A stretch of 64,000 nt of DNA. Source: Schmidtea polychroa. Lineage: Eukaryota. Location of the stretch: assembly GCA_044892525.1 (NCBI GenBank), contig CM097885.1:39682001-39746000 (forward strand), written 5' to 3'. The translations under genes and the position numbers were made by a program. Positions 37,340 to 49,154 of the stretch are shown here, in pieces. How positions within the stretch are numbered: position 1 is the stretch's first letter; the number at the start of each line of letters is the position of its first letter. The notes under the pieces were generated by a model, which searched no databases, was not told where the DNA came from, and worked only from the letters and a program-made list of their open reading frames with translations.

Positions 37340-40300
37340 AAGGTAATAATGATGATTGTGTGCACCAAGATAAGTATAGTATATTTTTTAATAATAATAG
37401 TAATAGTAATTTAGACAGTATGTATAATTTTAAAAGTAGTAATAATAATTTAGACAGTATATCTAAATCAAATTTAAAGGTAAAAAATATTAGATTTAAA
37501 TCAGATGTAATTTTAGAAGATAGTATTAAAAACGTGAAAAGTAAATTAAAAAAATATGATGTAATAAAGGAAGATAATCAGAGTAACAGTAATATTATAT
37601 ATGACGTAAGAGATAAAACTGATATTAATGATTGTAATTGGATGCGTGATAAAATTAATGTAATTGAAAATAAATGTGATCAGAATTGTAAGAAGATAAT
37701 AAGTATTTGTGATGCAAAATTAATAAATAGCAGTAAAAGGTTTGTTTATGACGAAACATTGGATAAACATATAAATAATATTTCTGTTTTAAATGACGAT
37801 TTAGAAATTGTATATGATAAGATGGGTGGAAGACCAAGCGTAATAGTTGGGATTAATAGGATTTATTTCAAACATTGTCTATTGGATACGGGGGCTAGAA
37901 TGAATGTAATAGATAGCTCGATCATCAAAGAAATAGGTGAGATAGATATTAAACCTCACAATGAAGGAATTTGGTGTGCAAATGGCAGTCCATTGGAAAC
38001 ATTTGGCAATGTTAAATTGAAGATTCAAATCGGTAACAAAGAAGAGAATGTGATTTTTGTTGTTGTTAAAAAGGTTTCACCGTCAATTATTGGTGAGATA
38101 GATTTACTTCGTCAATTCAACATCAAGTTAATGAAAATAAACGATAGTATAACTGAAAATACGGAAATAGAAAATAATTTTAATGAAATTTGTAATATTG
38201 AGGCAAGATTTAGCAACTCATATAATGATGAGAAAAGATTTAGTCGAGCAATAAAATTATTTGATTTAAAAAAAGGAGATAAAATGTATCAGATAATTAA
38301 TGAAAATAAAGAAGTTTTTATGGCTGATAAATGGGACATTGGAAAAACAGATTTATTATGGCACGAAATCAAAACTACTGAGGGCCCAATTTACATGAAC
38401 CCTAGACGACAACCGGCTCATTTAGAAGAAAAGATTGAGGAGGCTATAAAAAATTTGGAAGAAAATGGTATTATTAGGAAATGTGATTCGAGTTGGAATA
38501 CTCCATTGGTATGTGTTTGGAAAAAAGAAAAGAATGACATCAGATTGTGTTTGGATTTTAGAAACCTAAATAAAATAACAGAAAGACAAATATTTCCAAT
38601 GCCTAATATTGAACAAATGTTAGATTCACTCAATGGATCCAAGTTTTTTAGTACTATAGATCTTGGAAGTGCATATTATCAAGTGGAGTTAACAAATAAT
38701 TCACAAGAAAAAACCGCATTTTCAACAAGGAGCGGACAGTACTGTTTTAATAGAATGCCTTTTGGAATTGCTGCGGCACCGGCTACATTTCAAAAACTAA
38801 TGAATATGGTTTTAGGAAAACTTCTGTGGAATACAGCTATTGTATATTTGGATGACATATTAATATTTTCTACAAATAAAGAAGAGCATTTTAAAAGAAT
38901 AAATGAAGTATTAATGAAAATTAAGGAAGCGGGATTACGAGTAAATCCAGAAAAATGTATATTTTTAACAAATGAGACAAAATTTTTAGGCCATATAATT
39001 AATAATGAAGGTGTGAAAGTGGATGAAAATAAAATTGAAGCAATTAAAAATTTTGTAAGACCTCAATGTTTGAAACAACTAAGAAGTTTTTTGGGGTTGT
39101 GTAATTATTATAGAAAATTTATAAAAAATTATTCAATGTTTTCACGAATATTAGAGTCTATATGTGGTACGACTAATGAAAAACTTATATGGTCAGAAAA
39201 ATGTGAAGAAGCATTTGAAGAATTAAAAAATGCATTATCGAAAACACCAGTATTAATATACCCTAACTTTCAGAAAGAATTTATTTTGGACACTGATGCA
39301 AGTTTTGACACAATTGGTGCGGTTTTATCACAGTTAGACGAACAGGGACATGAGCGAGTAATTGCATATGGTTCGCATTCAATGAATAAGCATGAAATAG
39401 GTTATTGTATAACAAGGAAGGAGTTATTGGCCATTTATTATTTTACTCAACATTTTAAACATTATTTGTATGGGAGAAAATTTAAATTAAGAACGGACCA
39501 TAAAGCAATAACATTCATGATGGCAACAAAAAAGCCAATCACGGCACAATTCCAAACTTGGATAAATTTTCTTAGCAGTTTGGATATGGATATTTCATTT
39601 AGAAAAGGTATGGAACATACCAATGCAGATGCATTATCCCGAGATAAGTGTGGACGATGTACTCAATGTATGGAAGTTCATGAAAATCCTAAAACAGAAA
39701 AAATGAAAACAAGACTTTTAACAATGACAGCTGTTAAGCAAGGTGTGATTTGGCAAAAGGGTAATGTTGAGATAGAAAATCAAAAAGAATTAATCATGAA
39801 AAATGTAAAAACTAAATTTAAGATTGATGATGATGTTATCATGACAAAAGAAAATAAAATTTGGATTCCTAAAAACAATCGCGAAAAATTTATCAAAGAA
39901 ATGCATAAAATCCTATGCCACGCAGGTTGCAAAAAAGTGATTGACTACATAAAAGTAAATTATGACATGGATGAATTACAAATGATAACTACAGAAATTA
40001 TTCAAAATTGTGAATTATGTCAAAAAAGAAAAACACTAACAACTAAAACAAAGGAAACTATACTAAAAACGGAAGTGTCGAAACCGTTTGAAACAATTGC
40101 TATAGATTTTTGTGGACCTTTGAAAACAAGTGTACATGGGAAAAAGTATATTTTAGGAATTATTGATATGTGCACTCGATATATTTCTCTTACAGCAGTT
40201 TCTAAGCAAGATGAGAAAACAACAGCGGACACAATAATGAAATTTTGGATTCTAAAATACGGTTCTCCTAGGATAATTCAAGTAGATTGTGGGAAGACAT

Positions 40301-40887
40301 TTGAATCAGGTGTGATGAAAGAATTAGCTAAAACCCATAACATAATGCTTCAATTTTCAAGTCCATACCATCATAGTGCAAATGGATTAATAGAACGGCA
40401 ATTTCGAACAATAAGAGATTTCATGAGTACCTCAATTAAAGATAGATTAAAAAGCAATTGGGTAGAGGTATTACCAGAAATTGAATTTGCTTTGAACGCA
40501 ACCGTACAAAGTACATTAGGGAAAAGTCCAGCGGAAATAGTATTTGGGTTTCGAATAACAAGAGAATGGCAAAACAAAAAGGAAGTTACTAATGACCGAA
40601 TTAGAATCATTGAAGAGATACAAGAAAAGCAAAGAAATGTTAAGTACAGAAACGCAGATAGAATTAATAGAGAATTTAAAATAGATGACAACGTTTTAGT
40701 AAAGATAGACACAAGAAAAAAAGAAGATGATAGATACAGAGGACCTTTTCGAGTGATAAAAAAACTACATGATAGAAGTTACGAACTTATGGATAAAGAA
40801 GGTAAAACAATGATTCGAAATTTAGAATGGCTAAAGCCTTTTAAACAGGGGGGATGTGAGGAAGATTTAATTATTAGCACAATATAA
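37282..40887 (+). CDS. pol: Pol polyprotein (protease, RT, RNase H, integrase)
   Basis: LLDTGA protease; MPFG and YLDD RT; LDTDAS and TDHKA RNase H; HHCC, IDF, VDCG and NGLIER integrase. ORF track 37360-40887, with the frame open upstream to 37282. Confidence 0.95.
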   Translation, partial: WTPKWEGSIIRRDDRSHALKGNNDDCVHQDKYSIFFNNNSNSNLDSMYNFKSSNNNLDSISKSNLKVKNIRFKSDVILEDSIKNVKSKLKKYDVIKEDNQSNSNIIYDVRDKTDINDCNWMRDKINVIENKCDQNCKKIISICDAKLINSSKRFVYDETLDKHINNISVLNDDLEIVYDKMGGRPSVIVGINRIYFKHCLLDTGARMNVIDSSIIKEIGEIDIKPHNEGIWCANGSPLETFGNVKLKIQIGNKEENVIFVVVKKVSPSIIGEIDLLRQFNIKLMKINDSITENTEIENNFNEICNIEARFSNSYNDEKRFSRAIKLFDLKKGDKMYQIINENKEVFMADKWDIGKTDLLWHEIKTTEGPIYMNPRRQPAHLEEKIEEAIKNLEENGIIRKCDSSWNTPLVCVWKKEKNDIRLCLDFRNLNKITERQIFPMPNIEQMLDSLNGSKFFSTIDLGSAYYQVELTNNSQEKTAFSTRSGQYCFNRMPFGIAAAPATFQKLMNMVLGKLLWNTAIVYLDDILIFSTNKEEHFKRINEVLMKIKEAGLRVNPEKCIFLTNETKFLGHIINNEGVKVDENKIEAIKNFVRPQCLKQLRSFLGLCNYYRKFIKNYSMFSRILESICGTTNEKLIWSEKCEEAFEELKNALSKTPVLIYPNFQKEFILDTDASFDTIGAVLSQLDEQGHERVIAYGSHSMNKHEIGYCITRKELLAIYYFTQHFKHYLYGRKFKLRTDHKAITFMMATKKPITAQFQTWINFLSSLDMDISFRKGMEHTNADALSRDKCGRCTQCMEVHENPKTEKMKTRLLTMTAVKQGVIWQKGNVEIENQKELIMKNVKTKFKIDDDVIMTKENKIWIPKNNREKFIKEMHKILCHAGCKKVIDYIKVNYDMDELQMITTEIIQNCELCQKRKTLTTKTKETILKTEVSKPFETIAIDFCGPLKTSVHGKKYILGIIDMCTRYISLTAVSKQDEKTTADTIMKFWILKYGSPRIIQVDCGKTFESGVMKELAKTHNIMLQFSSPYHHSANGLIERQFRTIRDFMSTSIKDRLKSNWVEVLPEIEFALNATVQSTLGKSPAEIVFGFRITREWQNKKEVTNDRIRIIEEIQEKQRNVKYRNADRINREFKIDDNVLVKIDTRKKEDDRYRGPFRVIKKLHDRSYELMDKEGKTMIRNLEWLKPFKQGGCEEDLIISTI
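37288..37330 (+). promoter_or_regulatory. Putative programmed -1 ribosomal frameshift signal (gag-pol)
   Basis: Slippery heptamer C_CCA_AAT in the gag frame (37288-37294), 5-nt spacer, hairpin GGCTCCATCAT...ATGAT-A-GGAGCC (37300-37330); the pol (-1) frame is open from 37282. Confidence 0.75.
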
Positions 40888-41099
40888 TATTATAATAATA
40901 AATTACATCTGAATTATTACTATTAAGAAATTAACATATACATATATTAAAGTATTATATTCGTATTATATTATGGCGTACATAATTATTATTGTTATTT
41001 AGAAATGCTTAATCGTCAATTTAATGATTTGTTTAGTCAAACCGATATTGTTATAATTTTTGAATATAATTTGAATTCGACTTCTAGTTTTATTTAACA
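40855..41099 (+). repeat. 3' LTR
   Basis: Direct repeat of the 5' LTR, preceded by the PPT. Confidence 0.95.
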
Positions 41100-41414
41100 A
41101 TTATAATTTAACGTACTATCAAGAATTTTACCAATCAGAGAACGGCTCCAATTGCAAGAATTATCGATTTCAGATGAAATCTGAGAATAATTTTTAGCAA
41201 TAGTTTCAGCAGCTGAAATAAATCCTAAAACTGCAATATTAAAAGCTTCACATGCTTTACATAATGAATATTGAGATAATGGCCGAAACGAATTAACTTT
41301 TCTTAAATCAACTAAAGATTGAACTTGAGTAATAAATGGTGTCTGTTTAATTGTCCATTCATCCATTCCAACAGTGATATTCCAAACTACTTTTTCCATT
41401 TCGAAAGTAATCAT
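41100..41414 (-). pseudogene. CTNNAL1: Alpha-catulin-like fragment, N-terminal part (upstream of the Gypsy insertion)
   Basis: TPFITQVQSLV...AFNIAVLGFISAAETIA...EIDNSC resembles catulin LPLVSQITTLI...AVNLAVGRFVKVGEAIA...EINIAC; joins in frame to 35926 when the element and one TSD are removed. Confidence 0.72.
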
Positions 41415-42339
41415 TAGCGAATTTAAAAATTTTTATTTTCAAAATTTACAGAAAATCTACAATATTTAAAGAACAAGTCCTTTTTAAACAACTTCCAAAT
41501 TCACATAACTTGACATAAAAAAATCAAAAATTCGAATCAAAAACCCGATAATAAATCTCCAAAATTACACTGATCGCGTCTGTGTGCGCATACAAAAAAC
41601 AAACACCATCTCCAAATCCAGCCCGCACACAGACGCGAATTAACGTTAGGATTGACCATCCTCCCACCCTTGACACCTTGGTGTCAATATCAAATTCCCA
41701 TTATCTTCTTCTCTTATAATGAAACATAATTTGAAGATACATCTCAATATCTCCTTTCCTTTACATCTAATTCTCATCACACATAGTTTTCTTTCTTCTC
41801 CAGGAATCGCTTAGATTACCCTCCCCATTTGCCGCTGCAACTGCCCATTATGCCGCATTTTCAGGAATTTATTGATTTGCTCTACTTCCCGTGTCAGTTT
41901 ATCCCTTTCTCCCTTCGTTTCCTGCATTTCCCGTGTCAGTTTATCCCTTTCACCTTTCATTTCCTGCATTTCCTTCGCCATCCTATCACTGTCAGCCTTC
42001 ACCTGGTGAATGATTTGCACATTTCCATTCAATTTTTGGCATTTTCTGTTCCAATTCCAATTGATTGATAGATTTAATATGCTCATTTATCGATTTGACC
42101 GTATCATTTCTGCACCTGTCATTTATCTCGATATCCATCTGATCCAATTTGATCCACAAATTATTATTGCTATTTCTCATCATGGTTTTCAGCTCTTAAT
42201 TTTCTTGCTTTATCGCCTTTATTTCATTTCTTAATGATTCGATTGATTCATCTTTTCTCATATCATTTATCTTTAGCTCATTCATTTCCTTTGCCAATTC
42301 TTCGATAATTTCAATTAAGATGTTATTGTGGTTGTCAAT

Positions 42340-44811
42340 ATTAGAGATGGAATGCTCATTCAATTTATCCTGATACTCAGTTCGTAAATCTTTCTTTTCA
42401 AGCCTTTTAGCTAAACTTCGCAGCCTATTCTCTGCCATTCTATCACTATTGGGCAAAGATTTTGGTGACTCTTTCCATGGCACTTTTACCTTGATATGCC
42501 CGTCTATTTTTTCATCTCAGCTTTTGTTTTTTCATAAATCACCTGATCTTTTGCTGCAAATATTTTTTCCTTTAAACTATTTTCGTCAATCTCCCAAAAT
42601 CGTTTCAGTTGTCTTTCCAAATCATCGCAATAACCAAAGAACGTTCTTATGAAATTGCTTTGATGATTCCAAGTTCTTCCCACTGAGGTTCTTCCAACAC
42701 ATGTCCAGCCACGGGCAATCGGTTCATCCAACTTACCATCGATTTCTTTGAGTACTCGTTGAAGCGTTAAATAATCATCCCTAATTAAAACTTCAACTGC
42801 CTGTCTTTCGCCTAGCATCGGAAAATGGATGCCCTTAAGATGAGTCCACTTATGTTTTTCTCTCGCCCAATTTATTACCCTCATTTCTCCCGTGATATTT
42901 TTGACGGCCAGTGCGTTGAAGTTCTTAGTCAATCGGCCGTCGTTACTAATTAACTTTATGGTCACTGGAGTAGCCATCATTTGTTGGACATTACCACCGA
43001 TAACTCCTATCGGTGTCCTCTTTTCAACCCCTTTTAAACCAAGCTCCTTTAAAATTCTTAGATTGATGTAGCTTACTGAGCTTGCATCATCTAACAGTGC
43101 ATTGACTTTTATTTTCTTGTTCCCATTTTCCAGGTAGATTGGAATTGTTCTTAAACTAAGGTAAAGTCTTAGGTTTTTCTCGTTCATCCCTTTCTGGGTA
43201 AACATCGTGTTGTTACCTTTTTCACTCTCCTCACTGAGTTGTCTTTCATGTCTTTGCTTACATCCGGTAACCTTGCAGAAAGATTCTTTACGACATTCCT
43301 TGGCCATGTGATTTCTTTTGAAGCAATTCCTGCACAGTTTCTTTTCTTCGATGACTTTCTTCCTTTTTGAAATTGTGAGTTGCTTGAACTTGTCACATTG
43401 GTCTAGGTAATGTTGACCACCACATTGTACACACTCTAATCTATAGAGGTTAGAGTTATTCGCCTGTATGACCGTTCCACTTTTAACTCTGCCATCTGGT
43501 TGCCTCGTAAAATGCGTCCGACCTGGATTGAAGCTTTCTCTTCCTCTAGACATACCTTCTACTCTTGGCCCATCATAAGTCCTGGTGTTTGGTTGAATCC
43601 CATACACGACCTCGTTAGTGGATCTTAGAAACTTCGCTTCTTGTTTTATCCATCTTCTCAAATTCTCTATCGTCTCCCGCAATTCCTTTTCTATTTTGTC
43701 TTTCTTCCATTTAAAAGAAAGATTTGTAGTTAACCTGCCCAAACACTTTTGAAAAATACATCCAGTCTTTAACTCAGATTCTTTCCCAGTGGATTTAAAT
43801 CGAACGGTGACTGTTTCTAATAATCCAGCAAATAAGTCTAAATCCTTCAAATCTCCTTCTCGAATTGGCCTGAACTTGTCCATCTCCTCTAACATAGATA
43901 AATATATCCTTTCATCCCCACCATATCGCCTATCCAACTTCTCTTTAGCCATTTGAAAGGCCTCTGCCGAATATCCTAGATTTTCAATTAACTTTAATGG
44001 CTCTCCGTGAAGTTACTTTTGCAGGTGAAACATCTTTTCAGCCTCGTCACCTTCCGCTTCATCAACACTCGCTGTAAAGGCCGATTTCCATGGTTCGTAC
44101 TCTTTCATCTTGCCTTTAAACACAGGTATTGTAATTTTTTGTAGACTTTCTAGTTTTCTTTTACTCACTGAATTATTTTTCTTGATTGTATCATCATTCT
44201 CATTTTCCTTCTCTTCCTTAAAAAATCGATTTGCTTTTCTTTCCATCAGTGCCCCAATCATTTGATGTTTTTCCTCGATCTCTTGCAGGTATTTATCTAA
44301 TATTGCAGTGATATCCAATCTTTGCAATTTTTTACTAATAGTTCTTAGATCCACTAATTCTTCATCTAGACTCTCCTTTTGATTTGCATATTCATCCAAC
44401 CATTCACTGACTTCCTTCCCATTTATATCATTGAAAATCTTGTTTCTCAATCCCGTTAATTTTCCTTTTTTCATTCTCTTTTTCCACAGTCCTTCTTCTA
44501 AAATCTCTTCATCATTGCCATCGCATAGCCTGGGTGACAAATGAAGTGTCGAACCTACTTGTATGCTATAGTCGTTCAATATTCTTTTATTTTCTAATTG
44601 CTTTCCCGCATAGACTAACGTTTGATAATTTTCCGGAATTCCTTCTTTGTTTTGAATTTTTTCTTTTACATTTTCAATCGTGTCATTCAATTCAACGTCA
44701 AGAGTAATTTCAACGTCAACCAGTAAGAGTTTTGATAAATATTTGCTTCCTACTTCTCAATCGAAACACTCCTTCTTCCTCTATTCGACAACAACAAGCC
44801 TCAAAACTCAT
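42340..44811 (-). mobile_element. Decayed BEL/Pao gag-protease ORF with N-terminal ubiquitin-like domain; truncated before RT
   Basis: [15 protein letters not shown] (DUF1759-like); three Cys/His knuckles CVQCGGQHYLDQC, CRNCFKRNHMAKEC, CKVTGCKQRH; ALLDDAS protease; LKRFWEID; VPWK...LPNSDRMAENRL. In-frame stop at 44013 and frameshifts near 42505 and 44715. Confidence 0.85.
44517..44748 (-). other. Ubiquitin-like domain fused to the BEL Gag N-terminus
   Basis: [10 protein letters not shown]/(frameshift)[64 protein letters not shown], close to ubiquitin; in frame with the Gag coiled coil. Confidence 0.9.
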
Positions 44812-45116
44812 TACTCCGCTCGCCCTCAACCTTGACTTAGCTCACAAAAACGCTGAGCTTTTTATTTTATTTTTATTTAAACGGTTCCCCTGGCTACCCA
44901 CTTTAAAAGAGTGCTGGGGCCCATAGCAGCACTTTTTCACGCTCGATAGGGAAGGGAGGATGGTCAATTTTACATATATAAATTCAAAATAAAATTCACC
45001 ATTGATCAGTCAGGGCTGTCTCCACTGCACTATTGTTCTCTTTCCTAGTGCGTAGCCCCCTGACGGGAACCACGTTCTGCTACCATGTTTAACCATCACC
45101 AAACGGAGGATTCTAT

Positions 45117-46553
45117 CTAATACATGGTGTTGACAAACTGAGGTTTGTTGATGCGTTTCTCTGTGAACATTCGTTGCAATATTACAACAACACCATTCTC
45201 TTTTCCAGTGTTAACAGTGGTGGTATTTGCAACAATCATCTGTATTGAATTCCATAGGTGAAATTCATCGAGGACTTTAGAAATTCCTTCAGCAATAGTT
45301 AAAGTCCTGCCAAAGACATTCAATTTGATTTCTCTTATTTCATTTTTAAGGACGATCACTTGATAATCCATTCTGTCGATGTGCTTGCCATCAAAGTGTA
45401 AGGACCAACTTTCCATATGCAACTTTTCAATCATTTCTTCCTTCAGCTTGATTGCCTCTTTGATTGTTGACTTGTAAATAGCTGATTGACATGGAGTTGG
45501 GATGTCAATGCCTTCACGACCCAATTGCTTGCATATGTTAGCAGCTTTGTTAGTTGATACTCTTGAGGTCACTATGCTGACTGAAATTTTGCTTTTAGAT
45601 GTTTTATGCTTGGCGTAGGAGTTGTCTCATCTTCTTCTTCATTGTTTTCAGTCAGAGTCAGAATCACTAAAACCAGGATAGTAAGATGATGAGTTGGATG
45701 ACTCATTAGAAACTTTTTGTCTTTCAGAGGGATGGATCATTTCTTTACTGGTCGCTTGGCTTGTAGTATCCCAATGTTCCTTTACTTTCCACTTGGAGAT
45801 GGTACAATCGCTTGTCCTCGGAAGATAACCATGTTCCGTCCACTTTAGTAATATCAAAAATCTCATCAAGGGGTTTGTAGCTTCCCCGCGTGACACATTC
45901 ATCATAACATTTCAGTATTTTATGAAGCTTTGCTCGTATAACTTGATCAGATACATGAGGAAAATTCAGTTTATTCTTCCACAATTTGGTGACTTCTTTG
46001 GAAATTTCCACTATTCGCTCCTTTCTTTCTTTGATTTTTGGTCCAAGAAAATGGTAGCGTCCGATAATTTGCTTTTGGAGAGGCATTCTGCACTTTTCTT
46101 TCAGTGAATATTCTTCCAAAGGGACCATTCTTCTTCTTTTATGAGAGTCTTTAAATTTTACCAGATTATTGGTCCAGACATCTTTGTCCTTCTGAATGCT
46201 ACTATTGCTAGACTTGTACGACGCCACGCGTTGCTTCTGTAATAACTATAAAATTAGATGAGCAGCTATATATTGATTCCATATATTGAGCTATAAATGG
46301 TTCTAGAATGTTCTAAAGTTCTAAACACATCCAATCTATACAAGTTTTAAATGATTTGCAGGAAAGCCACACGTATTAGTAGCAGCAGTAACAAGATTAA
46401 AAAAATGAGGAAACGTAATTTGAATTGCGGGGAGACCTTTTTTTACAACCGAGAGGACTTGAACATGTTTTCAATGTTTTCTGATAAAAGTTCATCGATT
46501 TTTGACACAGGAAATTAATTTTTTTTTAAAAAGTCAAAAAGTCATAACCCTAA
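45117..46553 (-). mobile_element. 5' part of a decayed hATm-like transposon
   Basis: LHFDGK and (D)TTTVNTG..NGVV motifs in frameshifted ORFs 45745-46227 and 45117-45572; TTAGGGT-type end at 46553 (minus); 3' truncated. Confidence 0.65.
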
Positions 46554-47464
46554 TATATATACTATCTTCGAAATTTTTTTCATTTGTATTAAATATATTA
46601 ATCGCAGCAAACTTCGTTTTTATCAGACAAAAAATATCTGTAGATCAAGGTAAAGTTTTTTTAGGTAGATCTTACTTAGGTACATTTTCTATGACAGATC
46701 ATTAATAGATCATTGAAGGAATGATAAATTCTCAGCTGAATTCGTAGCAGTAGCATATTTTCAATTAGAAGTATTATAAGTCATTTTTTATTAATTGAAA
46801 TTTCGTGTAGAAGAATCGTTTGTTAATTTGTTAGGTTCTAGTAAATAGTTGGTGACCCTGAGTAGAATTGTTCCAAACACAACTTTAAAATTCGAATTGG
46901 AAGTCGGAACTCGTTAGTGGTGGTTATCTATACACGGGGTTGGGTTTGATTTTGTAGTTTGTGTCTCATGATAGCATTTGAAATTTTGGACATGGATCCT
47001 CTTTATTTTTCAATTCCCCAGTTTTTAACTCGTGATATAACAATCATGAACCTAATAATGATTTAAAATGTCTAACTATTATAACTTTGTTAACCTTAGA
47101 ATAATGTGTAGGTGACCAATTCTAACTTTATCATTACTATCAGGTTTTGTAGGTCATCAGCTACAACTTTATAATATTTCCAAACATTTCTTTAAAAATG
47201 CAATTATTTTTAATAAATTTCCAAATGTACATGAGCAAGCTTTATGTATAATGAAATTTTTTTAAACTTAATATTTTATTATAGCAAGATTATCAGATAC
47301 TAATTTAGATAAATTGAATATATTATTTTACACAGTCAAGTCTCGAATTACGACTATACGGATTTACAAGGCGAGATTTTTTTATGTGGTCATTGTATTT
47401 TTTTGTTTTGTCATGGTCCTGGTTAGCTAATTGGTTGAAAAAAAGAAGTTTGTTTACATTTTTT

Positions 47465-47575
47465 GTATAATACATTGTCACATCTCCCTTGCTATCAATG
47501 ATGGCTCTTATCCTTCTAGGAAGCGATTGGTATATCGAATCTAGGTACTCCTTCCCAATCTCATTGTCCAATCAT
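47465..47575 (-). pseudogene. Tc1-like transposase C-terminal fragment
   Basis: YLDSIYQSLPRRIRAIIDSKGDVTMY matches the Tc1 terminal SMPRRI.AVI.AKGG.TKY motif. Confidence 0.75.
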
Positions 47576-49154
47576 ATGTTGAATACATGGATATTATGCA
47601 TCCATGCTTCAATATAAACACATATTTTGTAATAAAAATGGCCATACTAGAATTTTTTTCGCATACAAAATTTAATGTTGTATGCGCATTGTATTACCGT
47701 ATGCCGCGTAGGTCACTGGTGACGCACATAATAACAAGAAAAATTAGTTTTTTCAAAAATATAAATCGTAATTTATGAAGCCAACACATATATACATAAT
47801 ATACATTATGATTTGTTTAACGGGGCAGGTATGTATTTTCTCAAAATTTACTGTGGCATTAAACGTGTTAAAAGTGGTATTCCTGACGAAGTGTTGTTAT
47901 AAGCATTCGATAACAATTGGTTTTGGTCCTTAATATTTAGTGTCATGGTAATTGTATAATCAATTGTGCTAATCAATAGAAATTTATATTGTCTGGAATT
48001 CATTGTTGTTGTTGCCTTATAAAACACATTTGGAGTCAGATCAATAATTGTTAATTTCATATATCACCGGCAACCCCAACAATTTATAAAACATATTCTA
48101 GAAGATTTTCTGCAGATAAAAAAGATTGATTGATTCTATTCACGAATGCGATTATTATGAAGTAAGCCGTATTAAAAATGGGAAAAGAACAATAGTTTCC
48201 TCTGTTTAAGACTTTCAATATTTGATTTGTTCCTATCTGCGAATCGATCAGTGAATAGCTTCAGAATCCAGATGATAATAATTTGAAAATTTTTTTTTAC
48301 CAAAATTCCTAAATAAATAAGACATTTTAGATGAATTGTATGTTTTTGTATTAAAATAAATAAACATCTTACCCTTTTAATACATAAATCCAATATTTCA
48401 AAAATTCATTTAAAAAATCATAATAAATTAAGTGTCATTAAATCAACTTTCATTAAAAGACATTAGAATAATTGATAGAGTGCAATTAAATGTCGCATAA
48501 AGTCCTATAAATTGTATGTTAGCGAACTTTGTGGTTCTAGTAAACCATTGTATTAACTACATCAATCATTTAGTGCGTTGAAAACTCTGCTCCCTTTAAA
48601 TTTATTAGGAAATTATTTAAATATAATATAGAAAATGAAATCAGGCCTGACCACACATTTACTAAAAACTAAAGAATAAATTAATTGAAGCAATATGTTA
48701 GTCAATTAATTTCACAGCACAATTTCATTTAATTTTAAAAAATGTCTATTATTTAAGAATAATTATATCAAATTTATTAAACTCTAAATGACAATAATGC
48801 AAAATCACCTAGCTTCTCGTCACATGTCACCATCGCAAATCTATGCATGAAACTAAATGTATTTCATTGAACAGATAACAAAAATTTTACAAAGTCAGAA
48901 ATATTTACATAAAGCTGCCAAATAGTTTGAAATAAAACAAATTAAAATATTTATCACTCAAATTCAAAAATAATCATGTTTACAATTTATTAAGTTATCG
49001 AAAATCTGATTAGTTGCATCATAACCTAATATATTACATAACAATGAATTATAACGAGTTATTCAGCACTAAATAGAAGCATCTGCTAAATACACAAGAG
49101 AAATATTTACAATTTTATTCAACAATACAATTATTACAATAAGAAAGACCAATA

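Larger units (their letters stand above)
35932..41099 (+). mobile_element. Intact Ty3/Gypsy LTR retrotransposon (5168 bp)
   Basis: 245-bp TG...CA LTRs (35932-36176, 40855-41099) that look identical; 5-bp TSD ATTAT; PBS TGGCGACCCTGGCA at 36177; PPT AAACAGGGGGGA before the 3' LTR; domain order PR-RT-RH-IN. Confidence 0.96.
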
